Shown: positions 42,901 through 56,797 of the stretch, piece by piece
How the letters are laid out: the number at the start of each line of letters is the position of its first letter
Position numbering within the stretch: position 1 is the stretch's first letter
Source: the human T2T-CHM13v2.0 reference genome, Homo sapiens
Direction: 5' to 3' (one strand)
Assembly: GCF_009914755.1 (NCBI RefSeq)
Contig: NC_060932.1
DNA length: 64,000 bases
Made by a program: the position numbers and the translations under genes
Notes under the pieces: model-generated
Told to the model about the DNA's origin: nothing
The model's input: only the letters and a program-made list of their open reading frames with translations
Databases searched by the model: none

Positions 42901-44699
42901 AGACTACAATCAAGAAAAACATGGTTTTTGAATACCTTATGCTCATTTACACCTACATACATACATAAAAGAACTCTATATTTCACCTTGAGTTCAGTTT
43001 TTTTTTTTCTAATGTAAGGTACTATAAAACCTATCTCAAGTGTTATCTCTTTGTTTAATTCCTCTCTGGCTAAACCAAGCAAAAATGAATACTTTCTCTT
43101 GCTTTATTCCTATTGTATCTTGATCAGGTCTATTATATTCCATCAACATGTTTTCACTGTTTCTGCATCTTTTTTTTATCTTCTAGCATATGACCTTTCA
43201 AGGACTATAACCAGAAATGTTCTTTCTCTACATGTGCAATGACCAGCTCACGATAAACCCTAAATCAAGGGATTTTGTAACTGTTGTATCATTCATGCCA
43301 GTTTCCAGTAATCAGTTCAGCAATGTAAAATTCAGGATTTCAAGTATTTTTGTTGTTGTTGTTATTTTCTTTGTATTCAGCTGAAAGAACATTTTGCTAC
43401 CCAGAACTTACACAATACAGACTTCTGATACTAGCCCTACTGTGTTGCTACTAGGTGACAAACAATACATATCCTAAAATTGCTCCTAAATCCAGATCTG
43501 ACTCTGATTTCTGAGTAAACTTATTCATCCTGTTAAATACTATGAGGTCGATTACTCTAAAAATGAGCTTTGCTTTACTTTTCTTACTGATGAAATTGTC
43601 TTTCATTCAGCTTAAATATTTTGAATAGGAATAGCAGTTTTTTGTATATTTTTCACAGCACTGCGATACATATTCCTACAACAATAAACACTCAATTCTT
43701 ACCTCTGTCTTCTCACTCATTATCACTGCAAATCATAACACTTTAAATGATTACCCACCTTATATTTTTGCTAAGAAAGTTTTCATAAATATTATGATTT
43801 TAAACTCCTTTCATTAAGAGTGAAAGTTTAAAATTCCAAACTTTAGATATCTAATTCTTCATAGAATGTTTACATCAAACATTATGTCATAACACCTCTT
43901 AACTATATAAAAATTAGCACAAACCGTCAGTGATTTTAGACTCACCAAATGGCTTTGAGTGGAAGATATTTCTAATTTAAGCTTTCTTTCAATAAATATA
44001 TTTATTTCTTGCCATCCTTCTTTGTTATTAAAATTGCACTTTAATCCAAGCACATGATGTTTGATTACATTTTGATGGTATCTGAAGAAACCATGTAAAT
44101 TCAGGTTATGAATCAAACCAATTTAATCATAACTTCCAGTTATTGTGACACCTATTTTTAGTTTGAAAAAGATTCATGGCTTTTGTAACAGAAGGTTTAA
44201 AAAATTCCCGGTGCTTTTAGACTTTTAAGACTTGCTGAAAGACTTTCAAGGCTGAACATGTATTTAGTTACCTAATGGACCTTTTCCTTTTATTTATTCT
44301 CTCAATATAGATTTAGTAGCAACTATGTGTTAGGTACTTAGTATGCAGAGGCCAACAAAGCATATGCGGTACCTGACCCAGTCTAAAAGGTAGTTGTAGA
44401 CATTACATGAGAAAATAAATAATTATAAATTTTAATTTGGCATCAACAACCAACGTGGAATACCTTGGAAAACACTAGAGATGTTTTCCACATTCAAAAT
44501 TAATTTTACAACAGTAGCAAGTTTTGAAGACATCCTACCATGTGAGGATTTTGTTTTGAAATTACATCAGATTATGAACATAGTTAAGATTTCCATGTGT
44601 CCTGCATAATATCAAATGGATTATTACATAAGATAAAACCAAGTTATTTTTATAATTCAAGAAACTTTCTAGATGTCATTATCTGATTTTATTTAATTT

Positions 44700-46658
44700 T
44701 AAGGACTTTATTATTTTAAAGAGTTTTAGGTTCACAGCAAAATTAGAAGATACAGAGATTTCCAATATGCCCCTGTGACCACACATGCATAGCCTCACCC
44801 CATTATCAGTATTCCCCACCAGAGTGGCGTATTTGTTACAATGGATGAACGTACATTGGCACATCATTATCACCCAAAGTCCACAGTTTATATTAGACTT
44901 CACTCTTAGTGTTCACATTCCATGGGTTTGGACAAATATATAATAACATGTATTCACCACTGTAGTATCGTACAGAGTATTTGACTGCACTAAAAGTCAC
45001 TCTCTCTCCTTAACCCCTGGCAACACTGATTCCTATAGTTTGGTCTTTTCCAGAATTTCATATAACTGGAATCATACAGTATGGCCAATGTAACAGTAGC
45101 ATCATAATGTATGATTCCAATTATATAAAATTCTGGAAAAGACAAAATTATATAGTATGGTGTATAATTATACAGTATGATATATGATGTATGATGTAGT
45201 CTTTTCAGATTGTCCTCTTTAACTTAGTAAAATGCATTGAAAATGCATTGAAATTTCCTCCATATCTTTCACATGGCTTGATAGCTGCTTTTTTTAAAGC
45301 ACTGGATAATATTCTATTTTATACCAGTTTATTCATCAGTTTACCTACTGAAGGACATCTTGGTTTCTTGCAAGTTTTGTCAGTTGTGAATAAAGCTGTT
45401 ATAAACATCCATGTGCAGATTTTTGTGTGGACATAACTTTTCAACTCCTTTGGGTAGATACCAAGGAACTCAATTGGTGGATTGTATGGTAAGAGTATGT
45501 TTAGTTCTGTAAAAATCAAATGATCTTCCAAAGTAGCTATACCATTTGCATTCTCACCAGCAATAAATTAGAGTTTTGATTGCTCCAAACTGTTGAAAGC
45601 ATTTGGTATTGTCAGTATTCTGAATTTAGCCATTTGAATTGAAGTGTAGTTGTATGTCACTGTTGTAACTTAGGCATAGGCCTAAGAACATTTTGCATTT
45701 CCCTTATGACATATAATGTAGAGCATCTGTTCATATGTTTATTTGCCATCAGTATCTCTTCTATATATCTGAAGTGCCTGTTAAGGTATTCAACCCATTT
45801 TTTATCAGGTTGTTTTTTTTCTCATTATTGTTGAGCTTTGAGAGTTCTTTGCAGACTTTGGGTACAAGTACTTTATTAGATTATGTCTTTTGCAAATATG
45901 TTCTCCTGGTCTGTAGCTCATTTTCCTGTTCTCTTGACAGTGTCTTTCACAGTGTAGAATTTATAACTTTAACCAAGTCTAGCTTATCAATTCTTTCTTT
46001 TATGGTTCATCATTGTGTTGTCATATCTAAAATGTCATCACCAACCCAAGTCATCTAAATTTTCTCCTATGTTGTCTTCTAAGAGTTTTATAGTTTTATA
46101 TTTTACATCTAGGTGTGTGATCCATTTTGGGTTAATCTTTGTGAAGGGTGTATGGTCTGTGTCTACATTCATTTTTTTTGTTTTTGTTTTTGTTTTTGTT
46201 TGTTTGTTTGTTCGTTTTTTGCATGTGAAGTCCAGTGGTTCCAGTACCATTTGTTGAAAAGACTATCTTTTCACCATTGTATTTCCTTTGCTCTTTTGTT
46301 GAAGATCAGTTGACTACACTTACATGGGTCCATTTATGTGCTCTCTGTAGTTTTCCATTGATCTATTTGTCTACTCTTTCATTAATGCCACACTGTCTTG
46401 ATTACTATATTCATAGTAAAAACTAAATAAATGACAGATATTTCTTGTTCATGTATAAGAAAGCTAAATATTGTCAAGGTATTAGTTCTTTCCATTGATG
46501 CTTGCAATCATAATCAAAATCCCAGTAATTTACTTTGTACATATCAACAAACTGAGTCCAAAGTTTGGAGAAGCAAAAATCCAGAATAATAAACTCAACA
46601 TTGAGTGGAAAGAACAAAGTTGGAGGACTGATACTACTTGACTTCAAGACTTACTATG
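44700..46658 (-). mobile_element. L1MC1-like element with an apparent 5' inversion (46420-46658 on plus)
   Basis: GAGTTTTAGGTTCACAGCAAAATTAGAAGATACAGAGATTTCC 3' end. The minus part ends at CATAGTAA; the plus part ends GACTTCAAGACTTACTATG, which is contiguous in ORF2. Confidence 0.85.
45039..45147. repeat. Hairpin-forming inverted duplication (about 45-bp arms, 19-nt loop)
   Basis: GTCTTTTCCAGAATTTCATATAACTGGAATCATACAGTATG versus CATAATGTATGATTCCAATTATATAAAATTCTGGAAAAGAC. Confidence 0.92.
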
Positions 46659-48224
46659 TCTTTCTTAATAATTTCTTTCAACTTTTTTACCTACTTAGGC
46701 GCCATGGACCTGAGCTATAGGGAATGGCTTTAATACTGTTCCTTCAAAAGAGCCACTAATAATGGTCTACTCTAGAGATCAGGTTCATTCAATCAATGTG
46801 CACTTACTGAGTGGTTACTATGTGCTAAGCAGTGAAAAGCATCTCTGGAAAACTTTTAACGGTTCCTGGAATTTTATAACTGCATAGGCATAAGAACATT
46901 TTTAGTGGTATTTATGAGGACATTAGGGAATCCCCTAATGATTCTCAGAATTAAATAGAGTATAGCACAAGAGGGGTTGTGTGATCTAAAACTCTAGGTG
47001 AATGCCAGAATAAATATTCATTGTAATTATACTGGTGAGATGTTGATCTAGAATCAGTATTTATGAAAACAAAAAGGAAAGGATAGAATGAAAATAACAC
47101 TTTGATGTAAGAAGTTATTAGAAATCATTAAGACTAATTATAGAGAGAAGATAAATAAATAATAATGTGAATTCAAGGAAAAACACAATGAAAACCACAA
47201 TGAGAAAACAAAATGGAAACCATGAGAAATATAATGGCCCCCCATTTTGATTGCATTTTATTTTATTTAATATATAATCCTCTTGAAAACAGAGTTCAGA
47301 TTTTCTTTGTTCTGTGTCAAATTGTGAGTTGAAATTCTAATACATTTCTAAAAACAAGAGAACACTTCCGTTATATACATTCATGTATATAGAAACGTTT
47401 TCTCAGAAACAATGCATTTCCAGACAATGCTCAGTGCCAAGAAGAGAAAAGACATAGTGATTTGAAAACAGCTGGTTATATTTATCAAGACTAGAATTCC
47501 TCTTGTGTGGTGACTTTGCCTGAATTTTCAGTTATGTAGTTAGCTAATGATATTAAAACACAATATAATGGAAAAGCCAAAAAATGTTTAATTATATAGC
47601 CAACAAATGCTATATTTGTGCCAAAAGATACGGATTTTTTCCACATCATGCATTATAAAACTATGATATCATTTAAAACAAATAGTGTGAAATAAAATGA
47701 AATAACTATTAGCATATCTTGCTGACACAAGAATTTATTGCTATTAAAGGCAGCTTGTACTTAAAAAAAGAATAAACCATCCATTATTTTTAATCACTAA
47801 TATTAAGTCACAGAGACAAACAAATTGGTTTTCTCTCTACACGTGCATTTCCCATTATAATCATGGAGCATACATTTTTTTCACTGGCAGTTTGATTGCA
47901 TTCAATGCTGACAGAGTGGCTTAGAATAATTTTTGAGTTATTTCCAATAAAACGAATGTGTTTCAAGGTGGATGCATGTGGTGAATAGTCATCTTGGAGT
48001 ACATAAGTGGGAGAGACAACAAGAGGTCAATTATGCAATGCTAGTCTTTACTTTAATCAATAAATTTGATTTCATAAAAGTTACACTCTAAGAAGTCAAA
48101 TCTTAATGCAGAATTGATGACTCACACCCACTTTTTATCTTCCAACATTCAAATGTTGTGCAAGGGTTTCCTGGACATTCTCTGTTGGCACTTATAACCT
48201 TTACAACCCATCAATGATTTCCTC

Positions 48225-48548
48225 AGTATTAGGGACTGAATGTCTGTAACACCAGGGTTGTACATGCAATTTAGGCCACACCGATGAGATACATTCACAG
48301 GAGTTGTGGAAGGCTGAAAAAAATAGCCTTTCTAAGGCAATAGGCTGACTGTGGAAAATCTGTGAAGCATCAAATCTCTGATTCTTTTGCAGTCAACCCG
48401 AAGCCAGTGGCAGACCTAACTTTTATAATGTGGATTTCTCCAGCCTTTACATGCATTTTGTAAATATCTAATTCCATGCATTGTATTCTCTTTCTGTGGA
48501 AAAATCAGAGATAATTTCTATAATACATATCAAAACCTGAGTCATAAT
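48225..48548 (+). mobile_element. Possible old ERVL LTR remnant (LTR16/33-like)
   Basis: GCAATTTAGGCCACACCGATGAGATACATTCACAGGAG ... LTR-like 3' end. Confidence 0.35.
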
Positions 48549-48899
48549 ATGATACTGTGTGGAGCTGAAATTTTACATAAAATTTATAAGAAGTCATTGT
48601 AGTTCGAAAATAACAAGTCCTTTGATCTGGAGTATGAGATAAATTTATGAAGTAAGGTTCAGTTGAAAATTGAAAACCCCCAAATAATATCTAACATATT
48701 AAAAATGTTTAAATAATTTTGACAAATTGTGAGTTGAAATTGTAATATATTTTTGAATGTATCTATTTTCATATGGAAAAAGCACTGTTACTGTAGATAA
48801 TATGTGCTCAGTTGGGGGACACAAGTTGCTTATTATAAATTATTTTTATTTTTTTAATAAATTAAAACTAAAATATATGTTATTATTAAAGCATCTTAT

Positions 48900-50700
48900 G
48901 CTTTCTTAATTTTATCTGTTTTGTTCTTAATTTGGTGACTGAAAGCAAACAATTGTTGTATATTCAGTAATAGTGAATTCACTAATATATTGAGCACATT
49001 GATATTTTTACTATTTTGTGTTATCCACCTTTATTCCCATGAAGCATTTGCCATAAAGGCTATTTTCTCTAATATTAAGATAGCTATGCAGCTTTTTCTT
49101 TTTATTAACAGATTATTGATAAATATCACTGAAATATGATTTTATACTCCAGGTTAAAACAAGAAATGTTGGACAGTTTAGCTCCATTTATTCCCATCCT
49201 AACTTGTGTTATTGTTCTATATTATTTTAATTCTATTTTTCCTCCACATTATTACTTTTACATAGTAAGTGTTGTTTAAAATGTGCCTACATATTTACAC
49301 TTTATTCCTAGTAATTCCTACTTGCAGCCCAGGCATTCTGTTCTGAATCGCTTTCCTTGTTCCTAAAGACATTTCTTAGAATTACTTTTAATGAGGTTCT
49401 CCTGGTAACAAAATGTGTGTTTTTGTTTGTCTGAAAACATTTTTATTTTGCCTCACCTTTTGAGGGACAATTTTGTTGAGTATAAAACTCTAAATTGGTA
49501 GAGTTTTATTTTTTTGGCATATTGAACTCTAAACTGTAAATTATTGAACTCCAATTTCCTCTATTCCTCCTCAGTCCTCCCTCACCATGAGAAAGTCAGC
49601 TACCACTTTTACTACCATTTATTTGAAAGGAAGGTATCTTTTTCCTCAGAGTGCTTTAGAGATTTTCTTTTTGCATTTTTCTTTCTGGGCTTCTTACATA
49701 AAATGCTTGGTTTTGATTTCTTCTTCTATATCTCGTCTTGAATGTATGGAATGGTGTCTTTCATCAATTCAGGAAAATTCTCAGCCATTATCTTGTCAAA
49801 TATTTCCTCTGTACCATTAATCTCTTTTCTTCATCCAGAACATCAATTAAGCATATATTAAATCATTTTATTCTATTTTGTCTAAAATGCTTACTGTTTT
49901 TCACTTTTATTCTAAATCCTGGATTATTTCATTTTCTTTTTCTATAATTTATTAATTTAATTTTGTACATTAAAGTTACATCTCATTCTTTTTAAAGTTT
50001 ACTGTGCCCCTTTTTAAGTTCCTATTTCCTGTTGATATTTTAGAATGTATCCACTATCTCTTCAAACATATTAAATAAAATTATTTTACTGAGACTGATA
50101 ATTCTCATACATAAAGCCTTTGCTGCTTTGTTTATGCTGTCTGTGCTTTCCACTAGTTATAACCTACTCTGTTTCTTTGTTGTTCTGATTACCTTCGCCA
50201 GCCATTGTCCTGCAAGATTAGCTTTAAAATTAATTTGACACCTGGGATGAAATTCTTTCTCAGGAGGAGATTTGTATTACCTTCGTCCAGAACAACTTTA
50301 AAACATGGAAGACCTAGGGGTTTCAGACCATGTGAGAACTGGTCCATTTCTCATTCATCCTTATCCTCAGGGTGTAGGATTTTGGATACAGCTTTTGTGG
50401 AAGGACCTCCTGCTATACTCCTTTGCTTTTGTGGACATTTGGTTTTGATTTCTTGGTCCCTCTCATTTCATGAAGTTATAAAAATAAAAATTCGAGTTTT
50501 CCAGATTAGTAAATAGGTTATAGGAAGAGTGGATTTTTACCTCATTTATATCTTTAGATTCCCATTTCTACCTCAGGATTGGTTTGGTACTTTCTATTAA
50601 CAGTCTTGTCAGCATTTAGAGGCTTTTAAGGACTCAGAAAGAGAAATCATCCATACTTTTGTTTTTCTCGTGATTGTTGACTAATCTCCAATTATAAGAT
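48900..50700 (-). mobile_element. Ancient L1ME/HAL1-like ORF1/5' region
   Basis: TTTGTTTGTCTGAAAACATTTTATTTTGCCTCACC...TTCATCAATTCAGGAAAATTCTCAGCCATTATC. Confidence 0.65.
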
Positions 50701-51004
50701 ACAGAAATCCCCCAGTTAATTATTTTTAATTGGCAGTTTAATTCTGAGGTAGGATCTATGGAAATTTTTACAATCAAAATAACACTCTTTGTGTAGGAAT
50801 TATGAATGTACGCATGTGCTTTGTAATAGCTATAATTAGACTTTCCATCTGATGACTGATTTTACAGTGGAGAACATTCTTTGTCTTATGTATTTTATAC
50901 TTATCTTTTTAATGATACTTTTCATTCAGTAATTCAAGTACTTACTTGCATGACATACAAAGCACTATAGCCCTGTTGGCAGGACCTAAGTCTTACTCTT
51001 ATAC

Positions 51005-51222
51005 ATAATATTGCATAATGGCTAAGTGCACAACCCTGGAGCTAGAACCCTTGAATTCCGACTCTTCCACTAGCTGCACTGTGACCACTACAACTCTCTG
51101 GGACACTGTTTTCTCAATTGTAAAATAAGGATACTATTTATATTATAGTTTGAAGACTAATAGAGCTAATGTAAATGAAGCAATGAAAAGTTGCCTGTCA
51201 CATGATAAATATTAATCATTAT
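51005..51222 (+). mobile_element. MIR
   Basis: GCATAATGGCTAAGTGCAC...CTCTTCCACTAGCTG...TTTTCTCAATTGTAAAATAAGGATA. Confidence 0.75.
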
Positions 51223-52823
51223 TTTAAATACCTGCCACAGTAACAAGTACTGTACTTTTGGCAGAGTAGTCAATAAGTACTCGACTGGTGATATAACAGC
51301 CACAGTTATCCTAAGACTGACAAATAATTGCACAATGGTACCCCATACGTACTTTCTGAGTAATACAAATTCATCCCTTCAAATTATAACCGTCCCCAAA
51401 GGCTAGTATTAAAAGCCATGAATTTCATTTTTAAAGTGAACAAACTAGTAAACAAGTTAGAATTTGAGTCATGGTTTAAGAACGTAGTAAAGCCAGTGAC
51501 ACAGCTATACGTTTTCTTTAAATAACTTATGCATATAATAGATGTCATGCTTTTGGACTGTATTTAAAAAGCTCATTAAAATGTCTCTCACCCGCCTTTT
51601 GTGTATTATGAAAAAAACTTCACACAGTGCCAGAAAATCTGTTATATTTAGGATTGTGCAGAAAGTATGACTTCATGCAGCTAAAGTCCACATCTGATAA
51701 GTAAAATTAATTTCAGGCAACATCATCCAAAAACATTTAAGTGGTCATTTTGTAATTCCCTTAACCTAGTACAGATATGTCTCAGAGAACACAAAGAGAA
51801 GGCCTTTATCAGCAGTTTGTCAGTACTCACCCATAGTCATCTGTCCCATTCCAAGCCCAAGCTGTTGTTTTCTCAAGTAACATATATTTTTTCAAATATG
51901 AAAGTTTAAATAAAAGTACATAAAAGAAAATAACCATCATTCATGAACAAGGTCCCAGATAGAAATCTCATCATTGTTTACATTTTGGCAGAGAGAGACA
52001 CCATAAGGAGGCAAAGAAAGATATTTTGGCCCATTTTCTTTCTGTTATATAACAATGTTCTAAACTGATAACACATTTTAACTATACTGAAATATAATTT
52101 TGGTTGCAGTTTTTAATTCCACTTAATATTACATTCCTAAGTAAGGAATGTATAAATTACATTTCTCAAAAATATTTTAATGTGGAACTTCTTTGTCCCA
52201 ATACTTGCTTAAATACTTATTAGGAAACCCCCATATAGAGGTTCACTATTATTTGTTTAAAACAGACATTTACTTTTATCGTAAAGTTATATTCTCATTC
52301 CCATTTTTTCTGAGGTTTTCTAAAGGTTTGGTCACATGGTATGATTATTATATGGATTGCCTTATTTGACCTGCTGCTGTTATACATTTGGCCAATAGAT
52401 TACTTCTTTCAAATCTTCATTAGGTTGGTTTTGGGTCAAATTGTCTTTTGTCATGGTATATTATCTTAATATTCTGATAAATTTAATTTAATATATGTTC
52501 ATAAGGAATAATGTTCAATATATTTTAATTGGGGGCTGATTTTAATATTTTGGTATCAAGAGACTTATTGGAAAATGTATATGGACATTTAAAAATTGTA
52601 TCTGCATTCTGAATTGTATCCAAGGTTTTTAGTAGTTTCTTAGAAAAGTGATTTTCAAGCTATCAGATCTGCTGTATATGAATGGAGGCAGAATAATTTT
52701 TATTTCTTCTGTAACAAGTGAGAAAAATCTGAAAACAACTATTGAGTATTCACTGTGGAAATTATGACTAATCAGTTTCTATGTGTTCTTATTTTATATT
52801 AGTATTTTAAGTAAAATAGATAT

Positions 52824-53363
52824 TGTTAAGAACTATGAAAGGTCTGAGGTTTTGCCCTATTCATAAGCTAAAAAGTTAATGTCTGAAAGAGTTAGTAAGC
52901 TTGAAAGGTAAGTTTCATGGAAGCTGGAAGAAGACATAAGACACTTGGGTCAGAGACACAGGATTATGCTGCTCATGACATAGCAGGCAGCGTGAGCTCA
53001 TGTTTTCATTCTTTTCCCCTTGCTCTTAAAATCCCGTAGGAACAACATGGAGTAGCCCAGATAGGTGTACACACTCAGTGGGTTAACATCACAGCTGATA
53101 AAACCCAGAGCTTAGAAAACACCAGGCTATTAAACAGCTTCTTGCAAACCTGCCCCATCTTTGCCTCAGAGGGTGACATTATCTTTACTTTTCTGGACAG
53201 CAAACAAATCTACCTTCTGCCTCAGAGGGAGACATCGTCTTTATCTTCCACGTTGTTCGCTATTTAAAACATCCTTGAAAAGCTGTCAGTTCTGTGACTC
53301 AGAGTAGGTCAAAAGATGCTCAGAGGATGGGCAGAAACACCTGGGGCAAATTATCTCTCAACA
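52824..53363 (-). mobile_element. MER89/MER90-like ERV1 solo LTR
   Basis: TGTT...AACA termini; GAAAGGTCTGAGGTTTTGCCCTA; minus TTTTCAAGGATGTTT...ATGTCTCCCTCTGAGGCA repeated. Confidence 0.7.
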
Positions 53364-54175
53364 ATTGAGGGATCAGTTTTTTACCCTAATATATTTGAAA
53401 ATTGTTTCTGCAGTATGTAGTCTACCCTTTATTTGTGTTTTATCCCATTTTTACATTTAGAATGTTTTCCTTATTCCTTTCTATTTTTGTGATTACATTC
53501 AATTTCATTTTGCTTGTTTGCACAAAGAGCATAATCCTGGATGTAAATGCTCTTCATGCTACTGTCATATGCATGTGTATTCTCTGTGCATGAAATAGTT
53601 CTTCCTGTTTTTAAAAAAATATAGTTTTACCTCCAAAATATTTTGTTTTTATCTCAAGACATTTACAATTAATGACAATTAACGATGATTGAGTTTTCCT
53701 ACATTATTAACTGACAGAAAAATTTGTGACCCACTGAGAATGAAATGGAGGCCTTTGAATAGTGCTTTTCTAGATGTATATACAACTTGACTTCAGCCTT
53801 AACTTTGATGTCCTTTTCCTTTCTCCCCAACATGGTTGAATATAAATAAATTAATAGACACCGATATCTTGTGCACTATGGCCAGATAGTGTAGTACAAC
53901 AGAAATACTCCAAGCACTGAGCTAAGCAGTGGGGATAGAATGATAAACCAGAAAAACAGGCTATTTGCCCTTGAAAAGCTTGTACAATGGTACATAGCCT
54001 GCATAACATTTTCTACAATTGTAATTTTGCAATATTCTTTGAGAACATTATTTATTACTTTTTTTTAGTATCTTTCTTCCTCACTGGACTGTAAGCTCCA
54101 TGATAGCTTTAACTATACTGTCCATTAATATTTGTCTACCCACACGTTGTCACACTGTTATTCTCCTACCCTATA

Positions 54176-54518
54176 CAAGCATACTTTGGAGATATTGCAG
54201 GTTTGGTTCTAAACTACTGCAATAAAGTGAGTCACACCATGTTTTTGGTTACCCCGTACATATAAAAATTATGTTTACACTGTACTGTAGTCTATGAAGT
54301 GTGTAATAGCATTATGTCTAAAAAATGCTCATGGCTTAATTAAAAGTATTTTATTGCTAAAAAAAAATGCTGACACAGAGACACCAAGTGAACACGTTAC
54401 TGAAAAAATTGTAAAGATAGATGCTAGGTACAGTGTTACTCACAAACCTTCAATTTGTAAAAAATGCAATACCTGCAAAGTGCAACAAAGTGAAGCTCAA
54501 TAAACTGAGATATCCTTG
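54176..54518 (-). mobile_element. Internally deleted Tigger1 (TcMar) with both termini, inside an L2 tail
   Basis: TA|CAAGCATACTTTGGAGATATTGCAGGTTTGGTTC ... GTGAAGCTCAATAAACTGAGATATCCTTG|TA; TA target duplication. Confidence 0.85.
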
Positions 54519-56797
54519 TAACTCATCACATAGTAGATATCATTCTCACTGTTTGAAAATATTTAATTATCTTACATATTTTAAATATTTATAATGAGAT
54601 GGCCTTGTTGCCTTAGTTTTGTACCATTTATTTAATGTTACATCTCATTTATTTGGAAAGAGTATTCCATTTTTCCAAAAAGGAAGTCTTGAAGGACTTC
54701 TATCAGATTTGTCTGAGGCTGAATCAGATGTCAAAACAAATTATTACGAATATAAATATACAGCTGATCAACATTCTGTAGTTTTCCAAGACTAAGTTAA
54801 GTGCCTTTTCTTTTTCTTAATCTCAGCACACTTGGATTATTTCCAAGAAATCTCTATTTAGCATTTATTACATGTTAACCAGAATTATGTTTTTCTAAAA
54901 AGTTATATCACTTGCCTATTTTAAAAACCTTGACTCCCTTTTCACTATAATCTATTAAATTACAAGCATGGAGTTCAAGGTTTTTCGTATTAAACCTCAT
55001 AAAATTTCCTGGACTTGAGACAAACTACCACAACCATTAAACATGTGCCCTATACCCTAGCCAATAAAGGTCACCTTTACTTTTTTAACCTTATTTAAGG
55101 CTTCCATATCTTTAGCTAGCCCTATATATTGGCCTTAATCAAAGTTTTAATACTTAAATGACTGATGGGGAATGGAAATGAACGAAAATAGTATAATTAC
55201 AAATTGAAGAGAACAGATAGATTGAGTATAAAGAAGAATTAAAGGAATATACATCTATAGTCTTTGTAAATAAGTTGGGATAAAATAAATAAAATGGAGA
55301 ATTGAATTCACAGGAACAGGAGATTCCCCAAAATACTGAGTTTCCAGAACTATTATAAAACAAAAGAACTAAAGCAATAACAAGAAAGAAAGGCTAAAAC
55401 CATCTAAGTAACAATTATTAGAGTTTTAAAAGATGTTATTCCCAAGAACAATTATGAAAACAGTAATTTGAAATTGGGCACAAAGCCATGAGTCTACAAG
55501 CAAGAGTCCCTTAGGACATTAGAAGAAATCACTATCAAATTTACAGGATTGCTACTGTATAAGTTAAAATTTATGAAAAATGCTAAAGTAATATTTTTGC
55601 CTTAAAAGGAGAAAAAAGTGGTTGCTCATTTGTGGTTGTCCACATATAGATATTAACTCCAAGCAATTTAACTCAGCAAATGCTAATTCAAATCAAAAGA
55701 ATATGATTATAATGTGATCAAAGTATACTCATTTGAAATGCTTTCAGCCATGGTATATGTATTGAATAATTATAACATTAAAGAATTAAAGTAGGGACAA
55801 TGAACCTTAAATTGTTTTCAGTTCATTTACCTTGGATAATATCCAAAATGTGTTGTGTTTAATTTAATTAATTTTAGTAATTAAAATTATAGCTTTTTTT
55901 AAAAAGATAAGGTGTGATGGCAAGGATATAAAAGGTATTCAGTGCATGAAGCCATGGGTTCACTAAGGATTGGCTAAAATGTTAATTTTAATGATGATCT
56001 CCATTAAATATTTGGAAAGGAAAATAATTGATTGAAAGATGGATGTGTTACAAATTTAGAGAATGTTTCAAAAAGCAGTCAGATTAAAATAGGATCACAT
56101 CTCATTAATTGTGTAGCTAGACTCTAGAGCCTAAACACAGATTCTGTCAATTAATAAGTAATCAGTAACACCCGGATGAATGACGGCTGAGTATATAGAA
56201 CTCAGATTCACACTCAAGATGTATAAGCTATTTGTTGGAGTTTGTTCATTGAGTGTTATCTTTGTGGAATAAATTAGTTAATGGCTGGTAATAACTATTG
56301 TTGTTCATATGCATTGTGCTTTTTTTTTTTTGCAATTAACTAGAAAGAGGATTTACAATGATTTGCAAAGGAGAAAACAGGGAGTTTTGCAGAAGTAGAT
56401 AGTCACAGAGATTTCCACTGTAAACCTTCATTACTACATAACTTAATATAACATCCACCCTACCCTATGCTGTTACATTGTATATAATTACCTAAGGCTT
56501 TATGCCATTCACAAACCAGGACTAAAATTAACATTCAGAATTTTAGTAGCCTGTGCCTGCACACATTAATATATATTATATTTATTTAAATATTATGTAT
56601 GTTTAAATAATCTTTTGTTATCAAGTTTGTAAAATATTGCCTGATTTTGACTAAAAAGACAGAGCATTGTTGTCTTCAATTTCATCTTTGTAGAAACACT
56701 GAATTAGAGATTTTCAATAAATTGGGATATTAAATCCCTTTCATGAGAGAGCAAACATTACTCAAAAGATTTTACATTTTACTTTCTTTCTTTGCAG

